A stretch of 64,000 nt of DNA from positions 32,001-96,000 of the IMG/VR virus record IMGVR_UViG_3300020183_000015. The stretch is one strand, 5' to 3'. Under the pieces are notes generated by a model, which did not search any database, was not told the DNA's origin, and worked only from the letters and a program-made list of their open reading frames with translations. A program made the position numbers and the translations under genes. Below are positions 27,064 to 37,700 of the stretch, piece by piece. Within the stretch, counting starts at the first letter, position 1. Each line of letters begins with the position of its first letter. This stretch comes from a virus.

Positions 27064-30000
27064 ATGGCTACTTCATCTAACAGTAAGGTTTTTGTCTCAC
27101 CAGGAGTCTATACATCAGAAGTTGATCTAAGTTTTGTTGCTCAAAGTGTTGGTGTTACCACACTTGGTGTTGTAGGGGAAACTATTATCGGACCTGCTTT
27201 CGAACCAATTTTCATAACGAACTATGATGAGTTTACAACTTATTTTGGGGGTGTATCTCCTGAAAAATTTGTTAACACACAAATACCAAAATATGAAGCT
27301 GGATACATTGCTAAAGCTTATCTACAACAATCCAATCAATTGTTCGTTACAAGAATATTAGGACTTTCTGGGTATGACGGAGGACCATCTTGGTCAATTA
27401 CCACAACGGCAAATGTTGATTGCTCAACAATCGACGTTTGGTGTTTATCAGGAGCAACAATTGATTGTGTTCCTGTTTGTCTATCCGCTAAAACTGAAAC
27501 ATTTATCATCCCTTTTACGGCATGTTCTAACTCAGTCACAACAGTTGAGTTCCAAGGAACCTTCCCTTCGGAAATCGCAAACTTATTGAATACTCCATAT
27601 ACAACTGGTGATGGAGGAACTTCAACAATTGGAACACAACTTCAAGACTTGGTTTTTGATGTGATCACCGATCCACTACCTTTTGATGCTGAAGATCATA
27701 CAATTTCTTATTTTGGTTCGATTGAAGATGGTGATTATAATACATTGGATGCTATTTTCACAGCTTCTACAAATGTTTACAATGTACCAAATATTGGTTT
27801 CTCAGCAAACACTTTGTGTTCAGGATTCAATGATCCTTGGTATTACTCACAATTCGAACACGAATTAAACGGAAATGGGTATACAGGATTCTCTTTCTTT
27901 TCAATTGTACAGAATCTTCAGTATTTGTATCCTACACCAACATCAACACCGTTGGCTTCAGTAACACCTACACCAACACCATCTCCTCAGAACCCATGTA
28001 TTACACCATCGGCTCATGTTAACCCAACACCAACACCATCTCCAGTCCCTGTAAACTGTTACTCAGGTGAGCTACACATTAAAGTGTACTATTACACAGG
28101 AACTTCATATACACAATATGATGATGTTGTAGTTGGAACTTTCAGATCGAGAGGTATTTCATACTACACAAGTTCTGAAAACCCAACTTATGAGATTACT
28201 GGTCTTACCAATGTTAACATTGATATGACAGGACAGTATGTTTCAGTATTAAAAAATCCTTATGAGAAATTTGCAATTAACTGTACTAATAGATATGGAC
28301 AACAATATACTTTTGAAACTTCATTCTCTCAAAATGACCCAAGTTATGTTACAAAAGTATTTGGAGTTACAAACTTCCAAAAACCTCGTTTAGAAGTTCC
28401 ATTATTCTGTGAAGAAAGATTCCAATCATGGTTGAACTACGGGTGGAAAAAAGGATACATCAGAGGTTTGAACCCAAGTCTTGTAAGATTAGATTCAGCA
28501 CAAAGTGGAAATGTGCACTCAATCGGATGGTACTTAGACAGATACCAAACTCCGAGTTCTCCATGGGTTGTGTCCGAACTTAGAGGTAATAAAGTATTCG
28601 ACTTATTTAAAGTTTATACTATCTCTGATGGTGATGGAGCAAATACTCTACTTAAAGTGTCGATCGCAGACGTATCTTTCTCTAATAACAACTTTACACT
28701 ATTAGTAAGAGATTATTTCGATACAGATTCTAACCCTGTTGTGTTAGAAAAATTTACAAATTGTTCTATGGATCCAAATCAAAACAACTTTATTGGTGTT
28801 AAAATTGGTACGGTAGATGGTGAGTATAATTTAAACTCTAAATACATTATGATTGAGATTCATGAGGACGCTCCTATTGATGCTCTTCCATGTGGATTTA
28901 ACGGTTACAATTTCAAATTGTATCAAGGAGGAAAACCACCGTTCCCAATTATCAAAGCAAAATATGACTTTCCTGGTGAAGTTATTTGGAATCCGCCCTT
29001 TGGTTTGAGTACTGGAGTTGACGATGTTATCGTTAGTTCCGGTGACAACATCAGAAGGACTTACTTAGGTATTGGAAACTTCTATGGTTGGGATCCAAGT
29101 TATTATGAGTATATTGGAAAGAGAAATCCGAACAATACTTGTGATATTGACGGAATTGATTGGAACTACAGATCATCAGGTTTCCACATGGACAAAAACG
29201 CTTCTGGTATTACATTAGGTGCAGCATTCAGTACAAGTGGTGACCCAAGATTTATCTGTGGTAGTTCAACTTTCGATCAAGAACCTCAATTACCAACAAA
29301 TGATTATTACAGATTGTTCTCAAGAAAATTCACATTCTTGGTTCAAGGAGGGTTCGATGGATGGGATATTTATAGAGAATATAGAACTAACTCAGACCGA
29401 TTCGAATTGGGAAGAACAGGATACCTTTACGGAGCATGTCCTGACAACAGATATCCGAATGCAACTGGTTGGGGAGCATTCAAACAAATCGCAATTGGTG
29501 ATGGTACACAAGACTATGCAAACACTGACTTCTACGCATATCTTTTAGGTCAACAAACATTTGCAAACCCTGAATCAGTTAATATAAATGTTTTCACAAC
29601 TCCAGGTATTGATTTCTCAAACAATAGTAACTTGATAGAAAGAGCAATTAATATGATTGAGTTTAACAGAGCGGATTCACTTTATGTAACTACATGTCCT
29701 GATTACAACTTGTTCTTACCAACTACAACTGGTGTTGATGGATTAATTTACCCTCAAGAAGCGGTTAACTTGTTAGAAGATACAGGTATCGACTCTAACT
29801 ATACCGCAACTTATTACCCCTGGGTATTAACAAGAGACAGTGTTAACAACACTCAAATCTACATCCCACCAACTGCTGAGGTAACAAGAAACTTGGCATT
29901 GACAGACAACATTGCGTTCCCATGGTTCGCTGCGGCGGGTTACACTCGTGGTATTGTTAATTGTATCAAGGCTCGTAAGAAGTTGACACAAGAAGATAGA

Positions 30001-30414
30001 GATGTTCTTTATACAGGTAGAATAAACCCAATCGCAACTTTCTCTGATGTTGGTTGTGTAATTTGGGGTAACAAAACTCTACAAATTAGAGAATCAGCTC
30101 TTGATAGAATCAATGTTAGAAGATTATTGTTACAAGCACGTAAGTTGATTTCAGCAGTATCTGTAAGATTATTGTTTGAACAAAACGACGCACAAGTAAG
30201 ACAAGACTTCTTAAACGCTGTAAACCCAATCTTAGATTCGATTAGAAGAGACCGAGGTCTATATGACTTTAGAGTTACACTTTCTAGTGATCCACAAGAT
30301 ATCGACAGAAACCAAATGACAGGTAAAATTTATATTAAACCTACACGTTCACTTGAGTTTATCGATATTACGTTCTTTATTACACCGACTGGAGCTTCTT
30401 TCGAGAACATCTAA
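27064..30414 (+). CDS. Contractile tail sheath protein
   Basis: FVSPGVYTSEVDLS, GPAFEP, YYPWV, PWFAAAGYTRG, RD.LY...INPI, WGNKTLQ..SALDRINVRRLL, IYIKPTRSLEFI. Confidence 0.95.
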   Translation: MATSSNSKVFVSPGVYTSEVDLSFVAQSVGVTTLGVVGETIIGPAFEPIFITNYDEFTTYFGGVSPEKFVNTQIPKYEAGYIAKAYLQQSNQLFVTRILGLSGYDGGPSWSITTTANVDCSTIDVWCLSGATIDCVPVCLSAKTETFIIPFTACSNSVTTVEFQGTFPSEIANLLNTPYTTGDGGTSTIGTQLQDLVFDVITDPLPFDAEDHTISYFGSIEDGDYNTLDAIFTASTNVYNVPNIGFSANTLCSGFNDPWYYSQFEHELNGNGYTGFSFFSIVQNLQYLYPTPTSTPLASVTPTPTPSPQNPCITPSAHVNPTPTPSPVPVNCYSGELHIKVYYYTGTSYTQYDDVVVGTFRSRGISYYTSSENPTYEITGLTNVNIDMTGQYVSVLKNPYEKFAINCTNRYGQQYTFETSFSQNDPSYVTKVFGVTNFQKPRLEVPLFCEERFQSWLNYGWKKGYIRGLNPSLVRLDSAQSGNVHSIGWYLDRYQTPSSPWVVSELRGNKVFDLFKVYTISDGDGANTLLKVSIADVSFSNNNFTLLVRDYFDTDSNPVVLEKFTNCSMDPNQNNFIGVKIGTVDGEYNLNSKYIMIEIHEDAPIDALPCGFNGYNFKLYQGGKPPFPIIKAKYDFPGEVIWNPPFGLSTGVDDVIVSSGDNIRRTYLGIGNFYGWDPSYYEYIGKRNPNNTCDIDGIDWNYRSSGFHMDKNASGITLGAAFSTSGDPRFICGSSTFDQEPQLPTNDYYRLFSRKFTFLVQGGFDGWDIYREYRTNSDRFELGRTGYLYGACPDNRYPNATGWGAFKQIAIGDGTQDYANTDFYAYLLGQQTFANPESVNINVFTTPGIDFSNNSNLIERAINMIEFNRADSLYVTTCPDYNLFLPTTTGVDGLIYPQEAVNLLEDTGIDSNYTATYYPWVLTRDSVNNTQIYIPPTAEVTRNLALTDNIAFPWFAAAGYTRGIVNCIKARKKLTQEDRDVLYTGRINPIATFSDVGCVIWGNKTLQIRESALDRINVRRLLLQARKLISAVSVRLLFEQNDAQVRQDFLNAVNPILDSIRRDRGLYDFRVTLSSDPQDIDRNQMTGKIYIKPTRSLEFIDITFFITPTGASFENI

Positions 30415-30430
30415 AAAACAATGAAAAAGG

Positions 30431-30457
30431 AAAAAGGGGGGTCTTCCCCCTTTTTTT
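30431..30457 (+). terminator. Rho-independent terminator after the sheath gene
   Basis: AAAAAGGGGGG-TCT-TCCCCC-TTTTTTT hairpin with U tract. Confidence 0.8.
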
Positions 30458-30478
30458 ATTTATAGGATATTTATTATT

Positions 30479-31306
30479 ATGGATTATAAAAAATTAGTAA
30501 GAGGTATTATATCAGAAATAATACAAGACCAACTGACACCAACAATGAAGTATTATGCATTTGATTGGGATGATAATCTTATGTATATGCCAACAAAGAT
30601 TTACTTAAAAGATGACAATGGTCAAAGTGTTGGTATGTCCACGGATGATTTTGCGGAGTATAGAACTGAAATTGGAAAAGAACCTTTTGATTACGATGGA
30701 CATACCATTGTTGGTTTCGATAACGACGCATTTCGTGACTTTACGGTAACGGGTGATAAAAAATTTTTAGTGGATTCTATGAAAGCCCCAACGGGTCCAG
30801 CATGGAGTGATTTTGTGGAGGCAGTAAATGATGGATCAATTTTTGCAATAATTACCGCAAGAGGACATACACCAAGTATATTAAAAACTGCAATATATCA
30901 ACTTATTAAAAAAAATATGCACGGATTAAATAAAGATGAGTTAGTAAAAAACCTTCGAAAGTATCGTGAAATGAATGACGAGGAAGATTTGTCTGATGAA
31001 GAATTAATCCAATCTTATTTAGAAATGTGTAAGTATCATCCTGTTAGTTTCGGTGAGGGTTCGGCCGCCAATCCCGAAGAACTTAAAGTAAGTGCGATGA
31101 AACAGTTCATGGAATATGTTAGAACACTATCTCAAAGACTACAAGAAAAGGCTTACCTTAAGAACAAAATAAGTAATTACTTTGTACCTTATGTTGGTTT
31201 TTCAGATGACGACTTAAAGAATGTACAAGCAATGAAGAAACATTTTGATGACGAATCTGGTTTAGATATCTATCATACAGGAGGAGGTAAAAAAACTAAA
31301 TTTTAA
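30479..31306 (+). CDS. HAD-superfamily phosphatase-like protein
   Basis: AFDWDDN (motif I), IITARGH (II), K (III), GFSDDD (IV). Confidence 0.7.
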   Translation: MDYKKLVRGIISEIIQDQLTPTMKYYAFDWDDNLMYMPTKIYLKDDNGQSVGMSTDDFAEYRTEIGKEPFDYDGHTIVGFDNDAFRDFTVTGDKKFLVDSMKAPTGPAWSDFVEAVNDGSIFAIITARGHTPSILKTAIYQLIKKNMHGLNKDELVKNLRKYREMNDEEDLSDEELIQSYLEMCKYHPVSFGEGSAANPEELKVSAMKQFMEYVRTLSQRLQEKAYLKNKISNYFVPYVGFSDDDLKNVQAMKKHFDDESGLDIYHTGGGKKTKF

Positions 31307-31418
31307 TTAAAACTAGGCTTATAAAAGTTATAACTTTAAAAATTATTGAAGTAAATAGAAAAAATTTAAAATGAATATATTTATAATAAAAATAAAAAGA
31401 AAAATTAAAAAATAAGAC

Positions 31419-31907
31419 ATGGCTGATTTACTAATGAAAATGCCGATTCCCTACGAACCGAAAAGGGAGAACCGTTGGATTCTAAGATTCCCTTCATCAC
31501 TTGGTATTAATGAGTGGTACGTTGAAACAACATCAAGACCGAAACTTACAATCGGTTCGACAGAGATACAGTTTTTAAATACTTCAACATATGTTGCTGG
31601 TAGATTTAATTGGCAAGAGTTAGGGGTGACATTTAGGGATCCAATTGGACCTTCAGCTTCACAAGCGGTTATGGAATGGATCCGTTTATGTGCTGAATCA
31701 GTTACAGGTCGTATGGGTTATGCAGCAGGTTACAAAAAAAATGTTGACCTTGAAATGTTGGACCCAACAGGAGTTGTTGTTGAAAAATGGATTTTAGAAG
31801 GATGTTTTCTTCTTGGTTACGATGGGGGTTCATTGTCTTATGCAACAGATGGTATTGCAAAAATTACTTGTAATATGAGAATGGACCGTTGTATTTTAGT
31901 TTATTAA
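31419..31907 (+). CDS. Tail tube protein (T4 gp19-like)
   Basis: YEPKRENRW, RP, AGR..W....VTFRD, WI...ESVTG..GY...YKK, LDPTG..VEKW.L.G.F. Confidence 0.88.
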   Translation: MADLLMKMPIPYEPKRENRWILRFPSSLGINEWYVETTSRPKLTIGSTEIQFLNTSTYVAGRFNWQELGVTFRDPIGPSASQAVMEWIRLCAESVTGRMGYAAGYKKNVDLEMLDPTGVVVEKWILEGCFLLGYDGGSLSYATDGIAKITCNMRMDRCILVY

Positions 31908-31926
31908 TAAATTAATATAATAATAT

Positions 31927-31960
31927 AAACCGTATACTTTACAGTGTACGGTTTTTTTTT
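31927..31960 (+). terminator. Rho-independent terminator after the tube gene
   Basis: AAACCGTATAC-TTTACA-GTGTACGGTTT followed by a T tract. Confidence 0.75.
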
Positions 31961-31979
31961 ACCTTTTAAAAAAAAAACT

Positions 31980-32753
31980 ATGGAAACATCAGACGAATAC
32001 AAATATGGTCAACAAGATTTTAATTTACCACACGACGTGGTACAGTTACCTTCAGGTGGGATTTTCTACCCATCCAAAAAAAAATCGGTGAAAGTTGGTT
32101 ACCTAACCGCAGCTGACGAAAATGTAATTGCAAATTTAGGTCTTAAAAAAAGTGTCAAGGAATCAATAATTCTCCCACTTCTTAGAAATAAAATTTATGA
32201 AAAAGATTTGAGACCGGAAGAACTTTTAGATTGTGACATTGAAGCAATTTTAATTTTCTTGAGAAACACATCGTTTGGACCAAGTTATGAGGCTCAACTA
32301 GAAGACCCAATGACGGGGAAAAAGTTTAATTTTGAATTTAGTTTAGAAGAATTAAATATGAAAAGAACTAAAACCCAACCAGATTCTGATGGTTTGTTCT
32401 CTGTTGAATTACCAATTACAAAAAAAATTGTAAAGTTGAAACCTCTAAACTTGAAAGATAATATTGATTTAGACAACACAATATCATCATATCCTATAGA
32501 TAGAGTTCCTCCTACCGTAACTTTAAAATTGAGTAGACAAATAGTTGAGATTAACGGAAAACGTGATTTATCTGAAATATCTGTTTTTTCAGAAAACATG
32601 CCAATTGCTGATTCTAAGTTTATAAGAAAATTTCTTAATGAAAATGAACCCGGTTTAGATTTAACCAAAACAACAACAGCCCCGTCAGGAGAAAAGGTGA
32701 ATTTCAATATCGCCTTTGGGGTGGAGTTTTTTCGGCCTTTCTTTGGAGTATAA
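31980..32753 (+). CDS. Tail/baseplate-hub assembly chaperone (T4 gp26-like)
   Basis: V.LPSGG.FYP, YLTAADEN, D.EAILIFLR..SFG, ELP.TKK.V. Sits between tube and tape measure. ATG at 31980 is preferred because the track's start lies inside the terminator. Confidence 0.7.
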   Translation: METSDEYKYGQQDFNLPHDVVQLPSGGIFYPSKKKSVKVGYLTAADENVIANLGLKKSVKESIILPLLRNKIYEKDLRPEELLDCDIEAILIFLRNTSFGPSYEAQLEDPMTGKKFNFEFSLEELNMKRTKTQPDSDGLFSVELPITKKIVKLKPLNLKDNIDLDNTISSYPIDRVPPTVTLKLSRQIVEINGKRDLSEISVFSENMPIADSKFIRKFLNENEPGLDLTKTTTAPSGEKVNFNIAFGVEFFRPFFGV

Positions 32754-32883
32754 AAAAAATATACTAGACGAACTTTATTTTTTATCCAAACACATGAATT
32801 TACAATATTCTGAGTTTTGGAAAGTCCCAACTTTTGAAAGAAAATATTTTATTCAAAAAATAATTGAACTACACAAAACTTGA
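32731..32883 (+). CDS. Probable frameshift-accessed C-terminal extension of the tail assembly chaperone (lambda G/GT-like)
   Basis: The +1 frame is open across TTT TTT CGG (32727-32735) to TGA 32883: FGLSLEYKKNILDELYFLSKHMNLQYSEFWKVPTFERKYFIQKIIELHKT. Confidence 0.65.
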   Translation, partial: FGLSLEYKKNILDELYFLSKHMNLQYSEFWKVPTFERKYFIQKIIELHKT

Positions 32884-32907
32884 GATAAAGTATTTATCAA
32901 ATAAAAC

Positions 32908-34725
32908 ATGTTTTTCAACGACCAAGAAGATTTTAGAAAACTTTATGAAGAACAAAAGAAGAAATACCAAGGAATTGAGGAATTTATTTCAGGGGGTAAC
33001 AGAGGTATATCGTTACAACAAAATTTATTCAACTCATATGCTAGCACTGTTATTCCAACAACTAAAACAATCAGTGAAGCTTACTCAGCTGCAGTCAAAT
33101 CCCTACTAGATTTTGAAACACCACTAAAATTTACAATTGAGGAATCTAACAAAATACAAAAAGCATTTGGTTTATCTCGAGAGAGAATTGATGATTTTAA
33201 AGTATCGTTAGCTAACGCTGCCCCTGAATTATTAAGAATGGGTGTTGGTGCTGATGAGGCCAAAGATATTATAGTTGACGTTGGAAATGCGTTTGGTAAC
33301 ACTGGAGTTATTGGAAAAGAGGCAATAACAGAGTTGGCTGCAACAACAAAACTTACAGGTATTGAAACGTCAAAATTGGCGACCAATTTTAGAGAAGTCG
33401 GAATCTCAATATATGATGTAGGTGACACAATGAAAGAGGTTGCTAATTACGCAAAAAGTGTTGGTGTTTCTGTTAAAGCAGTTTCAGATGGAGTAGTTAG
33501 TAACCTTGGTAAAATGAACCTGTTCAACTTTGACAATGGAGTTAAAGGTCTTACCAAGATGGCAGCACAAGCGGCAAGACTCGGAATTGATTTGAACACA
33601 ACATTTACTTTAGCTGAAAAAGTATTTGATCCTGAAGGAGCTATCGATTTGGCGGCTTCATTACAAAGATTAGGAGTCGCTTCTAACGATTTACTTGACC
33701 CATTAAGAGCGATGGATTTGGCTCAAAACGATCCAGAGGAACTACAAAACCAATTAGTAGATCTTACTAAAACCTTCACAAAATTTAACCAAGAATCGGG
33801 TAAGTTTGAAATCCTACCTGGTGAAAAAAGAAGAATTAGAGAAATAGCGAAAGAAATGGGGATTCTTCCCGAAAAATTGGCCGAGATGTCAATTAAAGCT
33901 GCGGAGTTTGATAGAAAAATGAAGTCTATTGAATTTCCTACGGCAAACAAGGAAGAACAAGAATTAATCGCGAGCCTTTCTCAAATAAGTGGTGGTACGG
34001 CGGTTATTGAAATAGAAGGTAAAATGAAAGACGTAAGTAAACTTACATCTGACGACATTAAAAGTTTAAAAGACCAAGAGGCAGAAGCAAATAAATCAAT
34101 AGAAGAGTTGGCAAGAGATCAATTAAATCAATTAGAAGATTTGAATGCGAATGTTAGTGCTTTAGTTTCAGAGTTTGGTTTAGGTTTAGCAACCTCAAAA
34201 GAAAGTCTAAGAGCTCAAAAACTCGGAAACACAACTATAAGTAGTTTATTTAAAGAAATAGATAAAGAGTTTTCGGTTGAAAGTGTAAGGGAAACTAGTT
34301 CAAAAACACTATTTGGTCCGATTGAAGAAGTTCTAGTAAAATACGCAACTGGTAATGCAAAATTGGAGGATGTTATAAAACAATTTGAGAAATTTGGTCC
34401 GGATTTGAAAGAAATAGGACCAAAATTTGAAAAATCAGTAGTACAAATTTTGAATAATTATGGAAAAGACGTAATTAACAAGGCAAAAGAAATATACACT
34501 CCAGTAATTAATAAAATAGAAGAAGAGAATAAAAAGAAAAACGCCGCATCAGGTAATAACAGCGTAGTTACAGTAAATCATAATTTTAAATTTGAAGGAA
34601 ATCCCGAAGTACTTAATAAACTAAGTCCTAGAGAAATTACTGAAGCGACTATAACAGGATTAAAAGAAAGTAATGCTTCTGCTGCAGAACTTAAACATAT
34701 TTTGAGGACTCCTGAATTCGGATAA
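32908..34725 (+). CDS. Tape-measure-like protein
   Basis: Helical Ala/Leu/Lys/Glu-rich 605 aa directly after the tube and chaperone genes. Confidence 0.65.
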   Translation: MFFNDQEDFRKLYEEQKKKYQGIEEFISGGNRGISLQQNLFNSYASTVIPTTKTISEAYSAAVKSLLDFETPLKFTIEESNKIQKAFGLSRERIDDFKVSLANAAPELLRMGVGADEAKDIIVDVGNAFGNTGVIGKEAITELAATTKLTGIETSKLATNFREVGISIYDVGDTMKEVANYAKSVGVSVKAVSDGVVSNLGKMNLFNFDNGVKGLTKMAAQAARLGIDLNTTFTLAEKVFDPEGAIDLAASLQRLGVASNDLLDPLRAMDLAQNDPEELQNQLVDLTKTFTKFNQESGKFEILPGEKRRIREIAKEMGILPEKLAEMSIKAAEFDRKMKSIEFPTANKEEQELIASLSQISGGTAVIEIEGKMKDVSKLTSDDIKSLKDQEAEANKSIEELARDQLNQLEDLNANVSALVSEFGLGLATSKESLRAQKLGNTTISSLFKEIDKEFSVESVRETSSKTLFGPIEEVLVKYATGNAKLEDVIKQFEKFGPDLKEIGPKFEKSVVQILNNYGKDVINKAKEIYTPVINKIEEENKKKNAASGNNSVVTVNHNFKFEGNPEVLNKLSPREITEATITGLKESNASAAELKHILRTPEFG

Positions 34726-34760
34726 AATTTGAAAAAAGAGTATTTATTTAAAAACAAACT

Positions 34761-37700
34761 ATGTCAGAAAGTACTCTTTCATTTGCCGGTTCAGAATTTT
34801 TTAGAAATAAATTATTAACTAGAAATTTACAACCATACAATGTACCTGGTGTGTATACACCAACACAACCGGCAGTAAACTATGAGACAAATTTAACAGT
34901 ATCAAATGTTATTGATTCTGACAACACTTTAGTTTCCACAAATGTTTTTGCAGAAAATTTATATCCGCTAAATGAATATGGACCCGAAGGAGGATTTGGG
35001 GACCCAATTGGAATTAATTCGGTTGCATCGACAAATAACCCTGAAGGGACAAATCAAGGACCTTATTATCCTGTGGGTAATGATTCACCCCTAGAGTTAG
35101 TTAATGAATTTTTTATTGATGACGCCTATATTACAAATACATGGGGACCAACAGGAGGTTACAAAGATTTAGTTGTTATAACCGACATATTAGACGCGGT
35201 ACCTGGGGGTATCTATCAACCGTACTTGGGTTATTATAACACATCATCATATAGTACTTTTGATATTATATTTTACCAAGATCCTTTAGGATCAAACGGG
35301 TTGCTATCTAGCGATACCCCAATGATGAACCTTGCTGCAAAACAACTACAAGGACTATTTCAAGAGAGGATTGCATCAGAAATAATTCAAAACACTGTCG
35401 GTTTAATTAATTTAGATACAATTACAGATCCTTTTTCTGCCTCAATGTTGGCAACAGGTAAACAACCTTTTTTTGAAAAAAATTGGAAGATTACAGTACC
35501 CGAAGGACCTTTGTTAGCCACGGTATCTTTGGCAAACCGACTAACAGGAACTTATTTTCCTGTGTCTTTAATACCTGGAGATTACTTTAACGAAAACGTA
35601 AACGAGCAATTACCACAAAACATTGCGGCCCTTAGTACAATAAATAATTTTACTGGCGGATTGTTAGGTCCGATACTTAATAAGACAAGAAACCCCTCTG
35701 AAATTTTTATTGCAAATACAGGAAACGGTCAAAAATCTGTTTTATTTGCCAGTTTAGATTACAACAAATACAAACCAACTTACAACAAAGGAATATTCTT
35801 AGGGTTAACTCAAGCGGTATCCAACCTATTTAATCAAGATAATAAATCAAGTGGTGGATACTATGTTGGTAGTAGAGAGTCAGAACCGAGTCAAATTGAT
35901 TCACCACCCAACGAAGTTCCTGTAAATGAGTTCGGTCAACAACAACAATCTATTGTATATGGTCCTCAAGAATTGGGACAATTATACGAAGGTAATATAG
36001 GACAACTTCAGTTTGGTTTAGCCGGTAAATCATATACTAATGATGGAGGGATTGCAGGACAATTTGTTTGGACCTCACCAAAATACAAACCAAACGCGGG
36101 ATGGAAAGTTGGTAAAGGAGGAGACCCAAAGTTTGTAGATCAAGAATTCAATGTAGTTTCTGCTGATTATAACAAATATCAATCTACTGACGTAGACTTC
36201 AAGATAGGTTCAATACTCGATAAAACACAAAGATTGATTGAATCTGCAGATAGCGTACAAGGAGTACAAAGATTAAAACATGTAGGAAACGCGATAAATC
36301 AAGTGTCCAAAGTGTTTAATGACGGATACAAAGAAATAACAAAAGGTTCTCAAGTAATGTCCTACACTGATCAAACTACAGGACAAGAAGCAGGAATAGA
36401 GTATTGTAGAATTTTTACTAAAGATACTCCTTATTTTACGTATGCCGATTTACAAAAAACTGATGGTATAGTTGAGAGCGGAAGAAAATTTGACTATTCA
36501 ATATTCAACAACACATATAATCTCAACATCGCCCCTATCAGACAACCAGGATCAACAAACATTATTAATGGTAAGGTAAAAAAATATATGTTCTCTTTGG
36601 AAAATTTAGCTTGGAGAACTTCAGATAGACCAGGGTTTAGATACGATGATTTACCTCCCTGTGAAAAAGGACCAAACGGAGGAAGAATAATGTGGTTTCC
36701 ACCATACGATTTGAAATTTAATGACGACTCAAGACCTCAGTTTAATGAAACAACTTTTTTAGGTAGACCTGAACCAATTTACACTTATAAGAATACAAGT
36801 AGGTCAGGATCTTTAAGTTGGACAATTATTGTTGATAATCCTGCTATGTTAAACACAATTATTGAAAAACAACTTAAAGGAGTCGCCAAAGAAAGAATAG
36901 ATTCGATTATGGACTCGTTTTTTGCTGGTTGTACAAAATATGACATTTATGATTTGGGTATCAAATTTAATCAGATACCAACAAAAGATTTATACACTTA
37001 CCAACAAATTTTAAATAACCCAAGATTAACAACTGAAGAATATGCTCAAGTTTTAACAAGTATTGGAACAAATCCTGAAGGTAGTCTTGTTGAAGATAAC
37101 GCATTTGGTTCTGACGGTAATACTCTCGAATTGGGTGGAACTTCTTGGATTGAAAAAGAAACTGAAGACCCTTTTACATCTGAAGTAAAAAAATATGAAA
37201 ACTATGCGTTTTACTTTCATAATGATTTACCCGATCCAGATACAAGATTAAAAGTTGCGACCCAACCTTTTGATTTTTGGTATGACAAATATATTGCATT
37301 AAAGAGTACGTCATATGTGACTAAAGCACCCGATGAGGTTTATACTGACAATTTAAGTGCCGCGGGAGCTTACACCAAAGCTGGCATACAAAACTTTTTT
37401 GGAGATATTATTGAAGCAAATTTTGATATAATTAAAAGTGAATTTTTAGATATTATTAAAAAAATAATTATAGAAAAAAACGGAAGTGTTGAAATTGAAT
37501 TAGTTGGATCAGCATCGGCTCCTGAATCTCCAGAGTATAATGTTGACTTATCAACACGAAGAATTAGTAGCGTTATTCAATGGTTTGACAAACAATCCGC
37601 TGGAAATGGTAAAACATTTGGGGAGTATAGAACTGGAGATACCCCAAAAATTAAATTTATCACTGATGATAACGCTTTAGGAGAAACCGCCACAATCCCA

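Noticed and set aside
32294-32830. 178-aa minus-strand ORF over the chaperone gene
   Set aside because: Antisense shadow with no motifs; the plus-strand chaperone and its frameshift extension explain the region.
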